A DNA stretch of 64,000 nucleotides, from the IMG/VR virus record IMGVR_UViG_3300008050_000022, positions 32,001 to 96,000 of that record; one strand, given 5' to 3'. Below the pieces are notes generated by a model that saw only the letters and a list, made by a program, of their open reading frames with translations, made no database searches and was not told where the DNA came from. This stretch comes from a virus. Below are positions 46,794 through 56,288 of the stretch, piece by piece; the first letter of the stretch is position 1, and the number at the start of each line of letters is the position of its first letter. The position numbers and the translations under genes are program-made.

Positions 46794-47017
46794 CCGCCGT
46801 ATCGCTGCATCATCCTCTGGGCCTTGAGCTGCCGCCTCTGCTGCTTCCGCACCCTGTGGCCCACGGAGATGTCCTTAGCTGCCTGCTGCGCTCCTACGGT
46901 GCCTACAGCGCCGGCTAGGAGGCCTTGCTGGACCTTGCTGAAGCGAGCCTCCTTGGTCCACGGGGCGGACTTGCTCACCGCGATCTTGATCATCTCTTCA
47001 CCGAAAGCACTGAACAT
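46790..47017 (-). CDS. Small basic protein with AFxEExxKIA leader and TKEA (putative internal virion protein)
   Basis: GGAGG RBS; MFSAFGEEMIKIA...TKEA...GLLAGAVGTVGA...KQQRRQLK. Confidence 0.7.
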   Translation of the reverse strand: MFSAFGEEMIKIAVSKSAPWTKEARFSKVQQGLLAGAVGTVGAQQAAKDISVGHRVRKQQRRQLKAQRMMQRYGG

Positions 47018-47021
47018 CTGT

Positions 47022-50000
47022 CTATCCCTCCAAGCCTCGACCAAGATCGCCGCCTCGGCCTAACAATTCTCTGCGGTACGCCAGAACCTTAGCGCGTCTG
47101 GCTTGCCGAGGGTCCATATCCGGATTCAGCTGAATCGGCGTTCCCATGGAGACCTTGGGCATTCTCTTGTTCGGGTCGTTGATCAACCCTTTCAGTCCGG
47201 TTAGCTCTGCTACTGCCCGACTATGGAACCCTTCTTCCCCTTTGGTCAACGCGCCATCCTTGTCGAACTCGACATGACGGCCCAGCACCTCATCCATCCT
47301 AGCAACTGGGCGGAAGGTGTAGTTCTGAATGAACTTGGTCAGGTCCAGGTGATCTCCTTGAGAGGACTTCAAGTGCCCGTAAACGGTCGCTAGTGCGTCA
47401 ACTGCCTGAGCAATAGACACACTCTGCTCCACCTTGATCTTGACTGCCTCAGACTTCTCCGCCGCCGCCGTACCGTCTGTGGATGGGACAGTGACGTCCA
47501 CATCCACGTAGACATGGCCCGACCTCAAAGAGCCTAGACGATCCGCTTCGCTCAGCTGGAACACCTGATCGTCTACTACCGACCCGGTACCGAATAGCGG
47601 CTCGTACACCTTCTTGCCGATCTTGTCGTTGTAGTACACGTCGGAGAACCAGGGAGGGAACAACGCCATCTCTACAGGCGTTTGGATCTTCGTAGTAGCG
47701 AAGGCCTCCTTGTCCTCTCTGCTGAACGTGACTCTTTCCTCAATAATGATGTCGGAGAAGAACACTGCACCGTGATCAGCTGGGTGCTCTTCAGGCACTC
47801 CGGCCGGCACGGCGCCCGCACCCCATGATTCTATATAGGGGCCCACACCCCCAACCGTAACGGAAGTGATCGTCCCTCCATTGATCCCGACCGTATCGAG
47901 TAACCGTATCTCTGCGTCCCCCTGCAGATCCTCTAGAGAGGGGAGTTCTACTGACATTGAGGCGCTGACGGATCTTCCGTACAGGAACTTCGCAGCTTCT
48001 GGAGAGTCCGTGATGTTTGACGTGACGTGATCGAAGTGGGTGATCATGGTCACGCCAGCCAGCGCCCTTTCCCGCGCCCCGATGAAGAGGTTGAGGAACT
48101 CATCATCAGATCCGTCAGCCGTTCTATGTGAGCGGGCCTGCGTGAACGAGACTGACGAGGTCCCTCCGGACTGACTAATGGAGTGGGACAGGGAGCTGAC
48201 CAGTCCGAGCATGGCAGTAGGCAGGTACGTGATGCCCCCCTCTAGCTCAAAGCCGGTGACGGACTCCTTAATCTTGCTGAAGACCTGCTGCACGGTCATG
48301 TCCCCTGGAGGAGTGAACCCCCTCTGGATCACTACGCCGGGGAACCCCAAAGCCAGGTACGGGTTGAAGTAGCAGCTCACCTCCATCGATCTAGACGAGA
48401 AGCGGTGCCGAAAGAAGTTGAAGTCTGCGACATGCTTCCTCAGAGCGTCCGCGTCCGAGGAGAGTCCTTGCGCTGCTCGAGCCTCCGTCAACGTCTTGTT
48501 GGCGAAGAAGTTGACCTGGCCCATGCGCTCGAAGCGAGGAACGATTCCTGTGAACCGCTCGTGCTGCATCGTGAAGTTCTTGGTGAGATGGCCGCCTGCC
48601 TCAAACTCCTTCCGGAACTCCTCGACCCGGGGGGAGTAGTTGAAGGACGCTAGTAGGGCGTTCTCCTCCGATCCGAGGATCTCCAGGTTTGTTCGCAGCT
48701 GGATGCGAGAGACCTCTCGCATGTACCCACGGGCGTAGTTCACGCTGAGCTGCTGCTCTGGGAAGATCACGTTGCATCGTGGAGGGGCCACGAACCAGAC
48801 GTCCGGCCGGATGATCTGCGTGAGCAGGCGCGCTGCTCGCCTCTTCTCCGCGAAGCTCGAGGCCTCCCTGGTAGGGATGTCAGCCAGTCCGCTGCCCCTG
48901 CCCCGCACCAGCTTCGGCACCACTAGAGCCGTGTACTCATCCGGTGTAGTGAAGGGAGGAGAATCGCGCTTACCCTGCTGCTGTGCGATGACGTCGTCAG
49001 GGAATTTCGTATTCCCTGGTTCGTTGACGTAAGCCGGGTAAAAGACCTTCATCAGGAGACTGCGAAGGCTCCACCCTTCGGCGGGTGGGCGAGCGCCCCT
49101 AGTGAAGTACTGGTACATGAGCTCGAAGTGCTCCTCTGGGGTGAGCTCCAGGATCAGAGTACCGACCTCCCGCCTAGCCCGCTGGGTCTTACCGAGCTGG
49201 ATATCGAGATCATCCGCACTGTGGCCCCCCTCTATCGTCCCCTTTTCCCACTTCTTCCTCCAGACGACGTTCCTCTTCTGGAAGTGGCTCACCTTCGCTG
49301 CCAGCAAGGGGAGGTCGTACACATTCGCTGGAGTGAACTGAATCAGTCCTGTAGCGAAGGTCCCTGGAGGCGGCTCTGTTACGTCCTCCCAGTTCTTTGT
49401 GTTCTGGCTGGCGATGTTCCACTCAGACTCTTTTTGGATGATGGCTGCCAGGTCGTAAGGATCTGCGCCGATCTTGCGGGCCAAGGCCACGCACCTCTGC
49501 GCGAGATCCAGGTTGCACCCACCTATCCGGCCATGATGATCAGCGATCTCCCGCGCGGCCAACTCGTCTGACACCGCCGAGGTGGCGACTATCTCATCCG
49601 ACAGACCCGAAACCCGCTCCCCTAGAATGTATCGCGGCGTCGGATTGGGGCAGATGTTGTGGTACGTGTGCGAGTTGAAGAGCCCTACGACATCTCGGAA
49701 GCTCACGAGATCGCCCATGCCTCCTAGTGAGTTCTCCAACCACTGGGTAAACGCCTTCGCCTTGAAGAGCTCTCCGGCAGTGACGTCGTCCTCCACTGCC
49801 CCGACCTGGTGAGTGTTCTTGACTCGGAGTTCGGCGATTGTGTTGTACAGATTCGCCCCAGCCCGAATACCGGGAACCCCTCCCACTGCTTCAAGTGTGT
49901 GAATTACTCCTCCTAGAAGTCCTGTGGCGTTCTGCAGATCAGGAGTCAAGGGAGTCTTGGTCAGCATCCCCGCCAGCACTGTGGAGGGGTTGTTCACCAC

Positions 50001-50456
50001 GTCATCGAAGAGGTTGTCACTAGCGCCCAAGTACGCGGCGGGACGCTCTGCGAGCTTGTCGCTAGACACACTCATCATGTACTGGAAGGTGGTGTCCCAG
50101 TAGGAGCTGGTGTCCAAGCACTGGAACGTCACCGACCTGCTGCCAGGCGACTTGCTCATGCTTACGGAAACGATCTCCCCGCAGAACATGAGTCGATACT
50201 GTCCCCGATCCTTGGCCTCTCCCCACTCATCTTCAGGGATCGTCCACCTAGCCGGACCTGCTCCCTCGTCTAGGTAAAACAGATGAACCAACGTCCTTGG
50301 CTTGAGCTCCAGAGCGCGATCAGTCGGAACTACCTGGACGTTGGCGGATGCTCCGCTCCCTATGGAGGCGTTGACGGAAGCGCCTACTACAGGAACTTCG
50401 ATTCCTTCGAGGAACAGCCGCAGGTGGATCTTACGTCCTTGGCCGTGCGCCGCCAT
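47022..50456 (-). CDS. Baseplate hub-like protein with inserted lysozyme/lytic-transglycosylase-like domain, 1144 aa
   Basis: LRLFLEGIEVPV, PP.CNVIFP, FNPY...GFPG hub-like motifs; insert AAIIQKES.WN...ATGLIQF.P. Confidence 0.7.
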   Translation of the reverse strand: MAAHGQGRKIHLRLFLEGIEVPVVGASVNASIGSGASANVQVVPTDRALELKPRTLVHLFYLDEGAGPARWTIPEDEWGEAKDRGQYRLMFCGEIVSVSMSKSPGSRSVTFQCLDTSSYWDTTFQYMMSVSSDKLAERPAAYLGASDNLFDDVVNNPSTVLAGMLTKTPLTPDLQNATGLLGGVIHTLEAVGGVPGIRAGANLYNTIAELRVKNTHQVGAVEDDVTAGELFKAKAFTQWLENSLGGMGDLVSFRDVVGLFNSHTYHNICPNPTPRYILGERVSGLSDEIVATSAVSDELAAREIADHHGRIGGCNLDLAQRCVALARKIGADPYDLAAIIQKESEWNIASQNTKNWEDVTEPPPGTFATGLIQFTPANVYDLPLLAAKVSHFQKRNVVWRKKWEKGTIEGGHSADDLDIQLGKTQRARREVGTLILELTPEEHFELMYQYFTRGARPPAEGWSLRSLLMKVFYPAYVNEPGNTKFPDDVIAQQQGKRDSPPFTTPDEYTALVVPKLVRGRGSGLADIPTREASSFAEKRRAARLLTQIIRPDVWFVAPPRCNVIFPEQQLSVNYARGYMREVSRIQLRTNLEILGSEENALLASFNYSPRVEEFRKEFEAGGHLTKNFTMQHERFTGIVPRFERMGQVNFFANKTLTEARAAQGLSSDADALRKHVADFNFFRHRFSSRSMEVSCYFNPYLALGFPGVVIQRGFTPPGDMTVQQVFSKIKESVTGFELEGGITYLPTAMLGLVSSLSHSISQSGGTSSVSFTQARSHRTADGSDDEFLNLFIGARERALAGVTMITHFDHVTSNITDSPEAAKFLYGRSVSASMSVELPSLEDLQGDAEIRLLDTVGINGGTITSVTVGGVGPYIESWGAGAVPAGVPEEHPADHGAVFFSDIIIEERVTFSREDKEAFATTKIQTPVEMALFPPWFSDVYYNDKIGKKVYEPLFGTGSVVDDQVFQLSEADRLGSLRSGHVYVDVDVTVPSTDGTAAAEKSEAVKIKVEQSVSIAQAVDALATVYGHLKSSQGDHLDLTKFIQNYTFRPVARMDEVLGRHVEFDKDGALTKGEEGFHSRAVAELTGLKGLINDPNKRMPKVSMGTPIQLNPDMDPRQARRAKVLAYRRELLGRGGDLGRGLEG

Positions 50457-51727
50457 CAGAGAGCCGGATTAACCGCTGACAGGCCGCCCATGACATTGTC
50501 CTCCCTAGGAGCGCCTGTCGTCGTGGGTAGCATCATATCTCGAACTACGAAGGCCCCGTGGGTAGGCGGATCATCTACGGACCCGGCGGACATCTCACCG
50601 TTGGCTGCAAGCATCTGCCCACCCACCACAGTCATGGCCCCCTGCAGATTGCCGGACAGGTTCTTCTTCAGAACCCCAAAGCTCTTGTCGTGTACCTCGG
50701 TCGGGTTCTCGGGGGTGCTGCCTTGCTGCCTCAGCTCAGCCCACATTTGATCTTGCCGAGCCGTCGCCTCTGCCTCGGCATCGAACTCCCCTCCTCCTGC
50801 CCCGTACACGTACTCATCCACGTTGTCGTAGATGTTGCTCCTGATGGAGTCCCTGTCTCTTCCCTCGTAGACTGTCCCCGAAACTGGGGGCACGGTGTAG
50901 TAGGTGCCGTCGGCGTCCTGGTAGTACTCCTTCTCGGGATCTGTCCACAGCTGCAGGGCATCCACCTTGTAGGGTTCGTTGAGCGCGTCAGCAATCTCCT
51001 GAGTCCGCCTACTCCTGATGTCGGCCACCTTGTCCTCGGCAGCGCGTAGAGCGGAGTGTCCAGGGAACTCCGCAGCTCCAATGTCGCTGCTGTCGTGGTA
51101 CCCCGTCACCCACATCGAGAAGTTGAGGGACACCAGGTTGGGGTTCGCTTCTGCCTGCTGCCCGATCGCGGAGTTCAGCATGTACCCCTCAACGACGATG
51201 TCGTCGTAGGAGATGTACAGCCGAGCATTCCGCTCCACCAGCTTCGTGCCCCGAAAGATGTTCTCGTAGTTCTCCCACCACTCCGATCGCCAGTTGAAGT
51301 CAGCGGTGTTCACCAGCACTCCACTGAACTGCACTACTCGAGGTCGCTCCCCAAAGAAGAAGCCGTAGGCCTGGCCGAAGGTCTCCAACAACTGCAGCTT
51401 CTCGTCTCTCGATTCGCTGACGGACTGGAGAATGTAGTTGGCCGACATGTCGGCGCTCTTTGTCTCGTTCGGCGGGGCACTGGAGTTGATGAGTCCTACA
51501 GGAGCTCCCCCTGCATCCAGCACCCGCATGGTCGAGTACGTGTTCGGCGTCACCTGGATGCCTCGAGTAGGTCTACGGACGTAGAGCCCTCCGTACGAGC
51601 TCTCCCCAACGGTCACCTTCCTCCGATACGCGGTTGAGCGAGTCGTACTGTGCTCCCGACCCACAGTAGCGGCTACCTCCTCCGGCGAAGCGTGGAATAC
51701 TTCTTCCTCTAAGGTGATGATCGTCAC
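50456..51727 (-). CDS. Tail-tube-fold baseplate/tail initiator-like protein
   Basis: NYILQSVSE.R.EK.QL.ETFG..FFGERPR...SG.L; lies between the tape measure and hub genes. Confidence 0.55.
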   Translation of the reverse strand: MTIITLEEEVFHASPEEVAATVGREHSTTRSTAYRRKVTVGESSYGGLYVRRPTRGIQVTPNTYSTMRVLDAGGAPVGLINSSAPPNETKSADMSANYILQSVSESRDEKLQLLETFGQAYGFFFGERPRVVQFSGVLVNTADFNWRSEWWENYENIFRGTKLVERNARLYISYDDIVVEGYMLNSAIGQQAEANPNLVSLNFSMWVTGYHDSSDIGAAEFPGHSALRAAEDKVADIRSRRTQEIADALNEPYKVDALQLWTDPEKEYYQDADGTYYTVPPVSGTVYEGRDRDSIRSNIYDNVDEYVYGAGGGEFDAEAEATARQDQMWAELRQQGSTPENPTEVHDKSFGVLKKNLSGNLQGAMTVVGGQMLAANGEMSAGSVDDPPTHGAFVVRDMMLPTTTGAPREDNVMGGLSAVNPAL

Positions 51728-51957
51728 ATTCTCACCCTTCCGCGTGCCAGCAGGTAGTCCGTGACGTCTCTGCCGTACTCTGGCGTTCCGCCAGAACCTG
51801 TCTTGACCTTCGCGGCGTAAGCCTTGATCGCGTTCACCATGAAGTCGTCAACGATCGCCTCACTCAGGATGCGGATCCGCTTGATCCGCACACCTCGACC
51901 TACCGTGAACTCCTCGACCCTCTCTTCTCGGGATCGGATCTCGTCGAACTGACTCAT
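51724..51957 (-). CDS. Small hypothetical protein
   Basis: ATGA coupling on both sides. Confidence 0.6.
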   Translation of the reverse strand: MSQFDEIRSREERVEEFTVGRGVRIKRIRILSEAIVDDFMVNAIKAYAAKVKTGSGGTPEYGRDVTDYLLARGRVRM

Positions 51958-54900
51958 GGATGCTTCTCCAGCTCGATGAGCTTCTTGTCGTGCCCCTCCA
52001 CCACCTTGTCCATAGACTCTATCGCGAGCGTCTGACTTGTGATCAAGGTGTCCATACCCCCTATCAGACCCTCCATCTTCGTCATGAGGGCCGTCTCTAC
52101 GTGCATGGAGCGAACACGCGTACCTCCGGATTGTGCGATCGAGGCAGCACTGCTCAAGCCGACGCCTCCCGCCGCTACCTCTGCAAGTTCGCTGGGGCTG
52201 AGGTCTCCCGATACGGTGTCGGAGATCTTACCTCCCAACGCATCGACGAGCCCTTCCTCCACTCCGGCCCTCTCCAGAGCCCCGGTGATGTCGGCTTCAT
52301 CTGACCCGGGACCTAGAGCAGAGACGGCATCGTAGGCTTCGAGCTGTGCTTTGAGCGTGGCTCCTGCCCCTCGCCCCAGATTACCGATGGCGCGGAGCAT
52401 GGCTTTACGCTTCACCTTGTCCGGGGGCAGTGCCGCTACGATGTCAGCCAAGAAGTTGGTGGCGTCTCTACCACTGGCCCGCTCTTCAGCGTACTTCACA
52501 ATAGCGTCCTTGAGATCGCCCTTGACGCGCGAGGTACTCTTCAGCGCACCCAACAACTTAGATCCTTCATCTGCTAGGGCGGAGGAGATCCTGGTCCCGC
52601 CAACAGCCGTGAGGTACTTGTCCACTCGAGTCAGGTTCCCACGGATGGCCGCGGCCGAGTTCGGGCTGGCCCGCGACATGCTGACCACCGCAGCGGCCAT
52701 TGCCTGCGCCTGCTCTCCTCCAGCCTCCCCAAAGACGGCCGACAATTCGGGGTTGTCTCCGCCTCCGCCGAAGTCCTTCCAGGCGTCTACATCCGTCTCA
52801 AGTATGTCCCCCTTCAGGATCCGCATTATGGCTTCCCGCTTAGCAGGGTCATCCATCATCCGTTCCAGCGTACTGGCCTGTTTGTCAGTCACATCCAGGG
52901 AACCTCTCTTATCGCGCTGCATAGCTCCCCAAGAGAGTCCCCCTGCAGCCCCGAGCCCCATACCCGCCAGAATCCCGGACCCCATCCATGCGAGCGGTGC
53001 GGCAACCGCACCAGCGATGCCTCCGAGCGCTATCCCACCTGTGTTCATGACTGCCCTCTCAGCCCAGGCCCCCTTCCCCCTGTTGAACAGATCTGACATG
53101 GACGCATCTACGCCCCCCTGTGCAAGCTCCTCTAGAGCATTGGCTCGGAAGGTGCCTCCGCCGAAGTCCTCACGCCCCCCTCCCCGCATGATCGCTGTAA
53201 CGGCTTCCAGAGCTCGCCCCTTAGACGCAGGATCAATGGCGTTCGCCCCGATACGATCTGTGCCGATGTGAGCAAGCCCCGACCCCTCCTTCACGCCTAT
53301 CTCTCGAATGATCGCAAGCGCCTCGCGCTGTCCAGCGGTGCGACTCCCCTCCTTGGAGTACATCAGTGCGTCCAAGACCTGCTCTGCGGACTTTTTCTTG
53401 TCCCCCTTGATGCCCTTGTCGTACATCAAAGCACCGAGGCCCCGAGATGCGGTCGTGACTCGGTCCTGGTCAACGTGCTGGAGAACCCCTACTCCAGCCC
53501 CCATCCCCGTCTCTCGAGCAACAAGATCCATGATCTTGTCTACGTTATCTTCAGTGATCTTGACGGATCCTGAGGGAGAGAACGCCTTCATCTGCAAGCG
53601 GGTGGCCTCGGAGAAGTTGTCGGTGTCCAGGACCTGACCGATCAACGCTCCCCGCATCAAGTCAGACCGCTCCGACTGTGACATGGTTTGGAGTCGCCTC
53701 ATCTGATCGTCAGAGAGTGATGACGACTCGTATCGGCCGTAGATCGTGTTGGCAATGCTCTCCACGCCCATCTCGATATCCGTGCCGATGTCTCCACCAA
53801 CTCCCTTGATCGGGTCGGAAACGCTCTCCTTCCACCCCTGCTTGATGCGTCTCTTCACCCCTCCCCACGATCGGTAGTGCTCCCGCTCGTACTCTCTGGC
53901 CCGGGACTGGATCAGCTGCCGAGCTTCCTGACCCTGCTCCCGACGAATGTCGTCGTACTCTCCCGACATCTTGACCAGGAACGCTGCCGTCTGACGGTCC
54001 ACGCCGGCGATCTTGTCCATGACTAGAGTGATCATGTCGTTCTTATCGGCACCCGGCTCGAGCTTGTCTACGATGCTCCGGACGATCGCCATCATCGCCT
54101 CGTTACCCCCACCCTGAGCAAAGTTGCCGGACATTTCGTGGGACTTGGCCGCGAAGGATGCCTTCCCTCGCACATCTTGAGTTCTCTCTCCTGCTACGGA
54201 GAGCATCTTGTCTATGCCCACGCGGCCCGAAAGGATGTCGTCCATGGCACCGGCGTTCATGCGGCCTGTAAACCGACCGTCCTTCATCTCGCCGGCGTAG
54301 ATCATTGCAGCTTGGCCAGCCTGCCCTTGCGTGAACTGCATGGAGGCTTCGCCCAGCCGCTGCCCCATAGCCGCGTATGCGTCAGCCCCCTCCATGCCAG
54401 TTGCCTCAATCAGATCCTCGGAGGAGATGACCCCCATTCGAGCAGCGGTACCCACTGCAGCAGCGAGTCCGGTATTCAGCCTGGCTCCCGTACCTCTCCG
54501 AGCCCCTATTTGGGCAGCCGTAGCAGCTCCAGATCTCTCGAGCCCCGTGACCTGTTGAGCGCTCAACCCGTGCGTACCCAGTACCTGCCGCTGCAGGGTT
54601 CCTCCTAGGACGTCTTGGGCGGTGTACAGGCCCGAGGAACGCATAGATCCCAGGAGCTCCGCTGCCTCTGTCATTGACGTGCTGAACGTATGAGAGATCT
54701 TCTTGACGGAGTCGATCATGCCCTTGAACTTCTTCTCGAAGTCCTGGGCACTGCGGACGGTCTGCATCATCCCCATGTCGCTCATCGACTGGAAGGTCTG
54801 CATGATGTCGTCCATGCCGGTCTGCGAGGTGGTAGCCACACTCCGCATGGTCTTAGCGATCTGACTGACGTCCTTCGGGTTGAACCCCTGCCCCGAGAAG

Positions 54901-55370
54901 GCGTTGGGGTTCGCGAAGGAGTAGTTCTGGGACATCATGTTGCCGACTTGGGCGGTCTCCCGGTACCCCGACACCATCTGGTTGGCTCCGTAAGCCAGAG
55001 CACCTACCCCTGCAAAAGCAGGGAGACTGGCAAGGGCACCTAGAGAACCTCCTCCCAGTCCTCCCACAGAGCCCATCAGTCCCCTTCCGGTGACTCCGAG
55101 ACCCATCTTGCCTCCGGCCCAGCCTCCTAGCCCGACCCCCATCATTCCCATTCCGGCGAACCCTGTGACCTTGTTGGCCAGGTTCAGTGGCGCGGCTGCC
55201 GCCGACAACGCGTTGCCAGCTGCCCCTCGACCAAGGCCGTGAATTCCTGGATGGACGGGCATAGGCATGTGTAGCCCCGCCCCGACGGACTGGGCCATCT
55301 GCTGGCCCTGCATCGCCATTTGCTGCTGCTGACCGATCAGCGCGGCTGTTTGATCAGATGTCCAGACCAC
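51954..55370 (-). CDS. Tape-measure-like protein, 1138 aa
   Basis: AGGAG RBS; A/G/M-rich helical sequence with Gly-rich hydrophobic stretches; upstream of hub/baseplate genes. Confidence 0.7.
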   Translation of the reverse strand: MVWTSDQTAALIGQQQQMAMQGQQMAQSVGAGLHMPMPVHPGIHGLGRGAAGNALSAAAAPLNLANKVTGFAGMGMMGVGLGGWAGGKMGLGVTGRGLMGSVGGLGGGSLGALASLPAFAGVGALAYGANQMVSGYRETAQVGNMMSQNYSFANPNAFSGQGFNPKDVSQIAKTMRSVATTSQTGMDDIMQTFQSMSDMGMMQTVRSAQDFEKKFKGMIDSVKKISHTFSTSMTEAAELLGSMRSSGLYTAQDVLGGTLQRQVLGTHGLSAQQVTGLERSGAATAAQIGARRGTGARLNTGLAAAVGTAARMGVISSEDLIEATGMEGADAYAAMGQRLGEASMQFTQGQAGQAAMIYAGEMKDGRFTGRMNAGAMDDILSGRVGIDKMLSVAGERTQDVRGKASFAAKSHEMSGNFAQGGGNEAMMAIVRSIVDKLEPGADKNDMITLVMDKIAGVDRQTAAFLVKMSGEYDDIRREQGQEARQLIQSRAREYEREHYRSWGGVKRRIKQGWKESVSDPIKGVGGDIGTDIEMGVESIANTIYGRYESSSLSDDQMRRLQTMSQSERSDLMRGALIGQVLDTDNFSEATRLQMKAFSPSGSVKITEDNVDKIMDLVARETGMGAGVGVLQHVDQDRVTTASRGLGALMYDKGIKGDKKKSAEQVLDALMYSKEGSRTAGQREALAIIREIGVKEGSGLAHIGTDRIGANAIDPASKGRALEAVTAIMRGGGREDFGGGTFRANALEELAQGGVDASMSDLFNRGKGAWAERAVMNTGGIALGGIAGAVAAPLAWMGSGILAGMGLGAAGGLSWGAMQRDKRGSLDVTDKQASTLERMMDDPAKREAIMRILKGDILETDVDAWKDFGGGGDNPELSAVFGEAGGEQAQAMAAAVVSMSRASPNSAAAIRGNLTRVDKYLTAVGGTRISSALADEGSKLLGALKSTSRVKGDLKDAIVKYAEERASGRDATNFLADIVAALPPDKVKRKAMLRAIGNLGRGAGATLKAQLEAYDAVSALGPGSDEADITGALERAGVEEGLVDALGGKISDTVSGDLSPSELAEVAAGGVGLSSAASIAQSGGTRVRSMHVETALMTKMEGLIGGMDTLITSQTLAIESMDKVVEGHDKKLIELEKHP

Positions 55371-55383
55371 CTACGGCTCCTGG

Positions 55384-55412
55384 TGAAAGAATCGGGGAGG
55401 CGCTGGGATAAG
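55384..55412 (+). promoter_or_regulatory. Phage promoter motif TGAAAG-N18-ATAAG
   Basis: tgaaagaatcggggaggcgctgggataag, intergenic, divergent from the tape measure gene. Confidence 0.65.
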
Positions 55413-55413
55413 A

Positions 55414-55692
55414 CTACTGTCTAGATGCAGTCGTGGGGTCAACAGAGGCACCGTTGGTGACCATGGAGTTGACTCCTTCCCGGGACGACTGACCATCGAG
55501 GCAACCCCGAATTTTCTGTACCAGGTACGTCCGTACCATGGCGTCTTCGAAGCTCGTCAGAGCGCCGGCGCCCTGAGACCTCAGCCATTCATTTAGCAAT
55601 TCAGTCTCGGAGTCTAACAGTTCCTTCATCTCCGCCTGGGAAGAAGGGACGGGGACGCCATCCACTAGAGACAGAGAGAAACGGGACTTCAT
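55414..55692 (-). CDS. Small hypothetical protein
   Basis: AGGAGG RBS; TGn-TAGCGT -10-like element at 55714-55719. Confidence 0.65.
   Translation of the reverse strand: MKSRFSLSLVDGVPVPSSQAEMKELLDSETELLNEWLRSQGAGALTSFEDAMVRTYLVQKIRGCLDGQSSREGVNSMVTNGASVDPTTASRQ
55421..55500 (+). ncRNA. Candidate long-hairpin small RNA or structured 5' leader
   Basis: Nested stems GATG/CATC, CAGTCGT/ACGACTG, GGGGTCAAC/GTTGACTCC and CACC/GGTG beginning about 9 nt after the promoter motif. Confidence 0.35.
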
Positions 55693-55757
55693 GAGGACCT
55701 CCTAAGGTCCCGCACGCTACCACGCTGCCCGATCCGGGCGTAACAAGGAGATGAGTG

Positions 55758-56288
55758 ATGCCGAATTGGTGTGAGAACAAGCTGGGGATCAGCGGCCCAG
55801 AAGGAGAGTTGAACCTCTTCCTGCTCAGGGCGAAGGGGGAGGAAGGGAAGCCGCTGAGCTTCCAGAGTCTGTACCCCATGCCTGAAGAGCTGGCGGGCAC
55901 CTCCAGTCCGGGGGACAGCCCCAACTGGTACGACTGGAGGGTTCAACACTGGGGGACGAAGTGGGACGTCGGGGACGTGCACGCTGCCGAAGGCTCTGCC
56001 ACCTCGGTTGAGTTCAGCTTCGACACCGCGTGGGCCCCTCCCACGGCCCTGATCGAGAAGGTCTCGGAGGACTTCCCAGGTCTCCGATTCCGGCTCGACT
56101 ACGCGGAGATGGGCATGTGCTTTGCCGGCTTCGAGGAACGCCAGGCAGGCGAGCTCCTCGAGGGGTCTCAAGGAACGCCGGAGGACTACGAGTGGAGCAG
56201 GAAGCTCATCTGGAACTGGTGCGAGGACTGCGATGAGGACTACCAGCCCTACGTCAATGGGCACACGTGCGAGAAGGAGGAGAAGTAA
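55758..56288 (+). CDS. YubB/DUF1281 ferredoxin-like domain protein
   Basis: MPNWCEN, WYDWRVQHWGTKWD, FDTAWAPP, YAEMG..FAG. Confidence 0.8.
   Translation: MPNWCENKLGISGPEGELNLFLLRAKGEEGKPLSFQSLYPMPEELAGTSSPGDSPNWYDWRVQHWGTKWDVGDVHAAEGSATSVEFSFDTAWAPPTALIEKVSEDFPGLRFRLDYAEMGMCFAGFEERQAGELLEGSQGTPEDYEWSRKLIWNWCEDCDEDYQPYVNGHTCEKEEK

Noticed and set aside
54042-54050. Perfect sigma28 -10 (GCCGATAAG) on the minus strand
   Set aside because: Inside the tape-measure CDS (Ala-Asp-Lys codons), with no upstream hexamer at the motif spacing.
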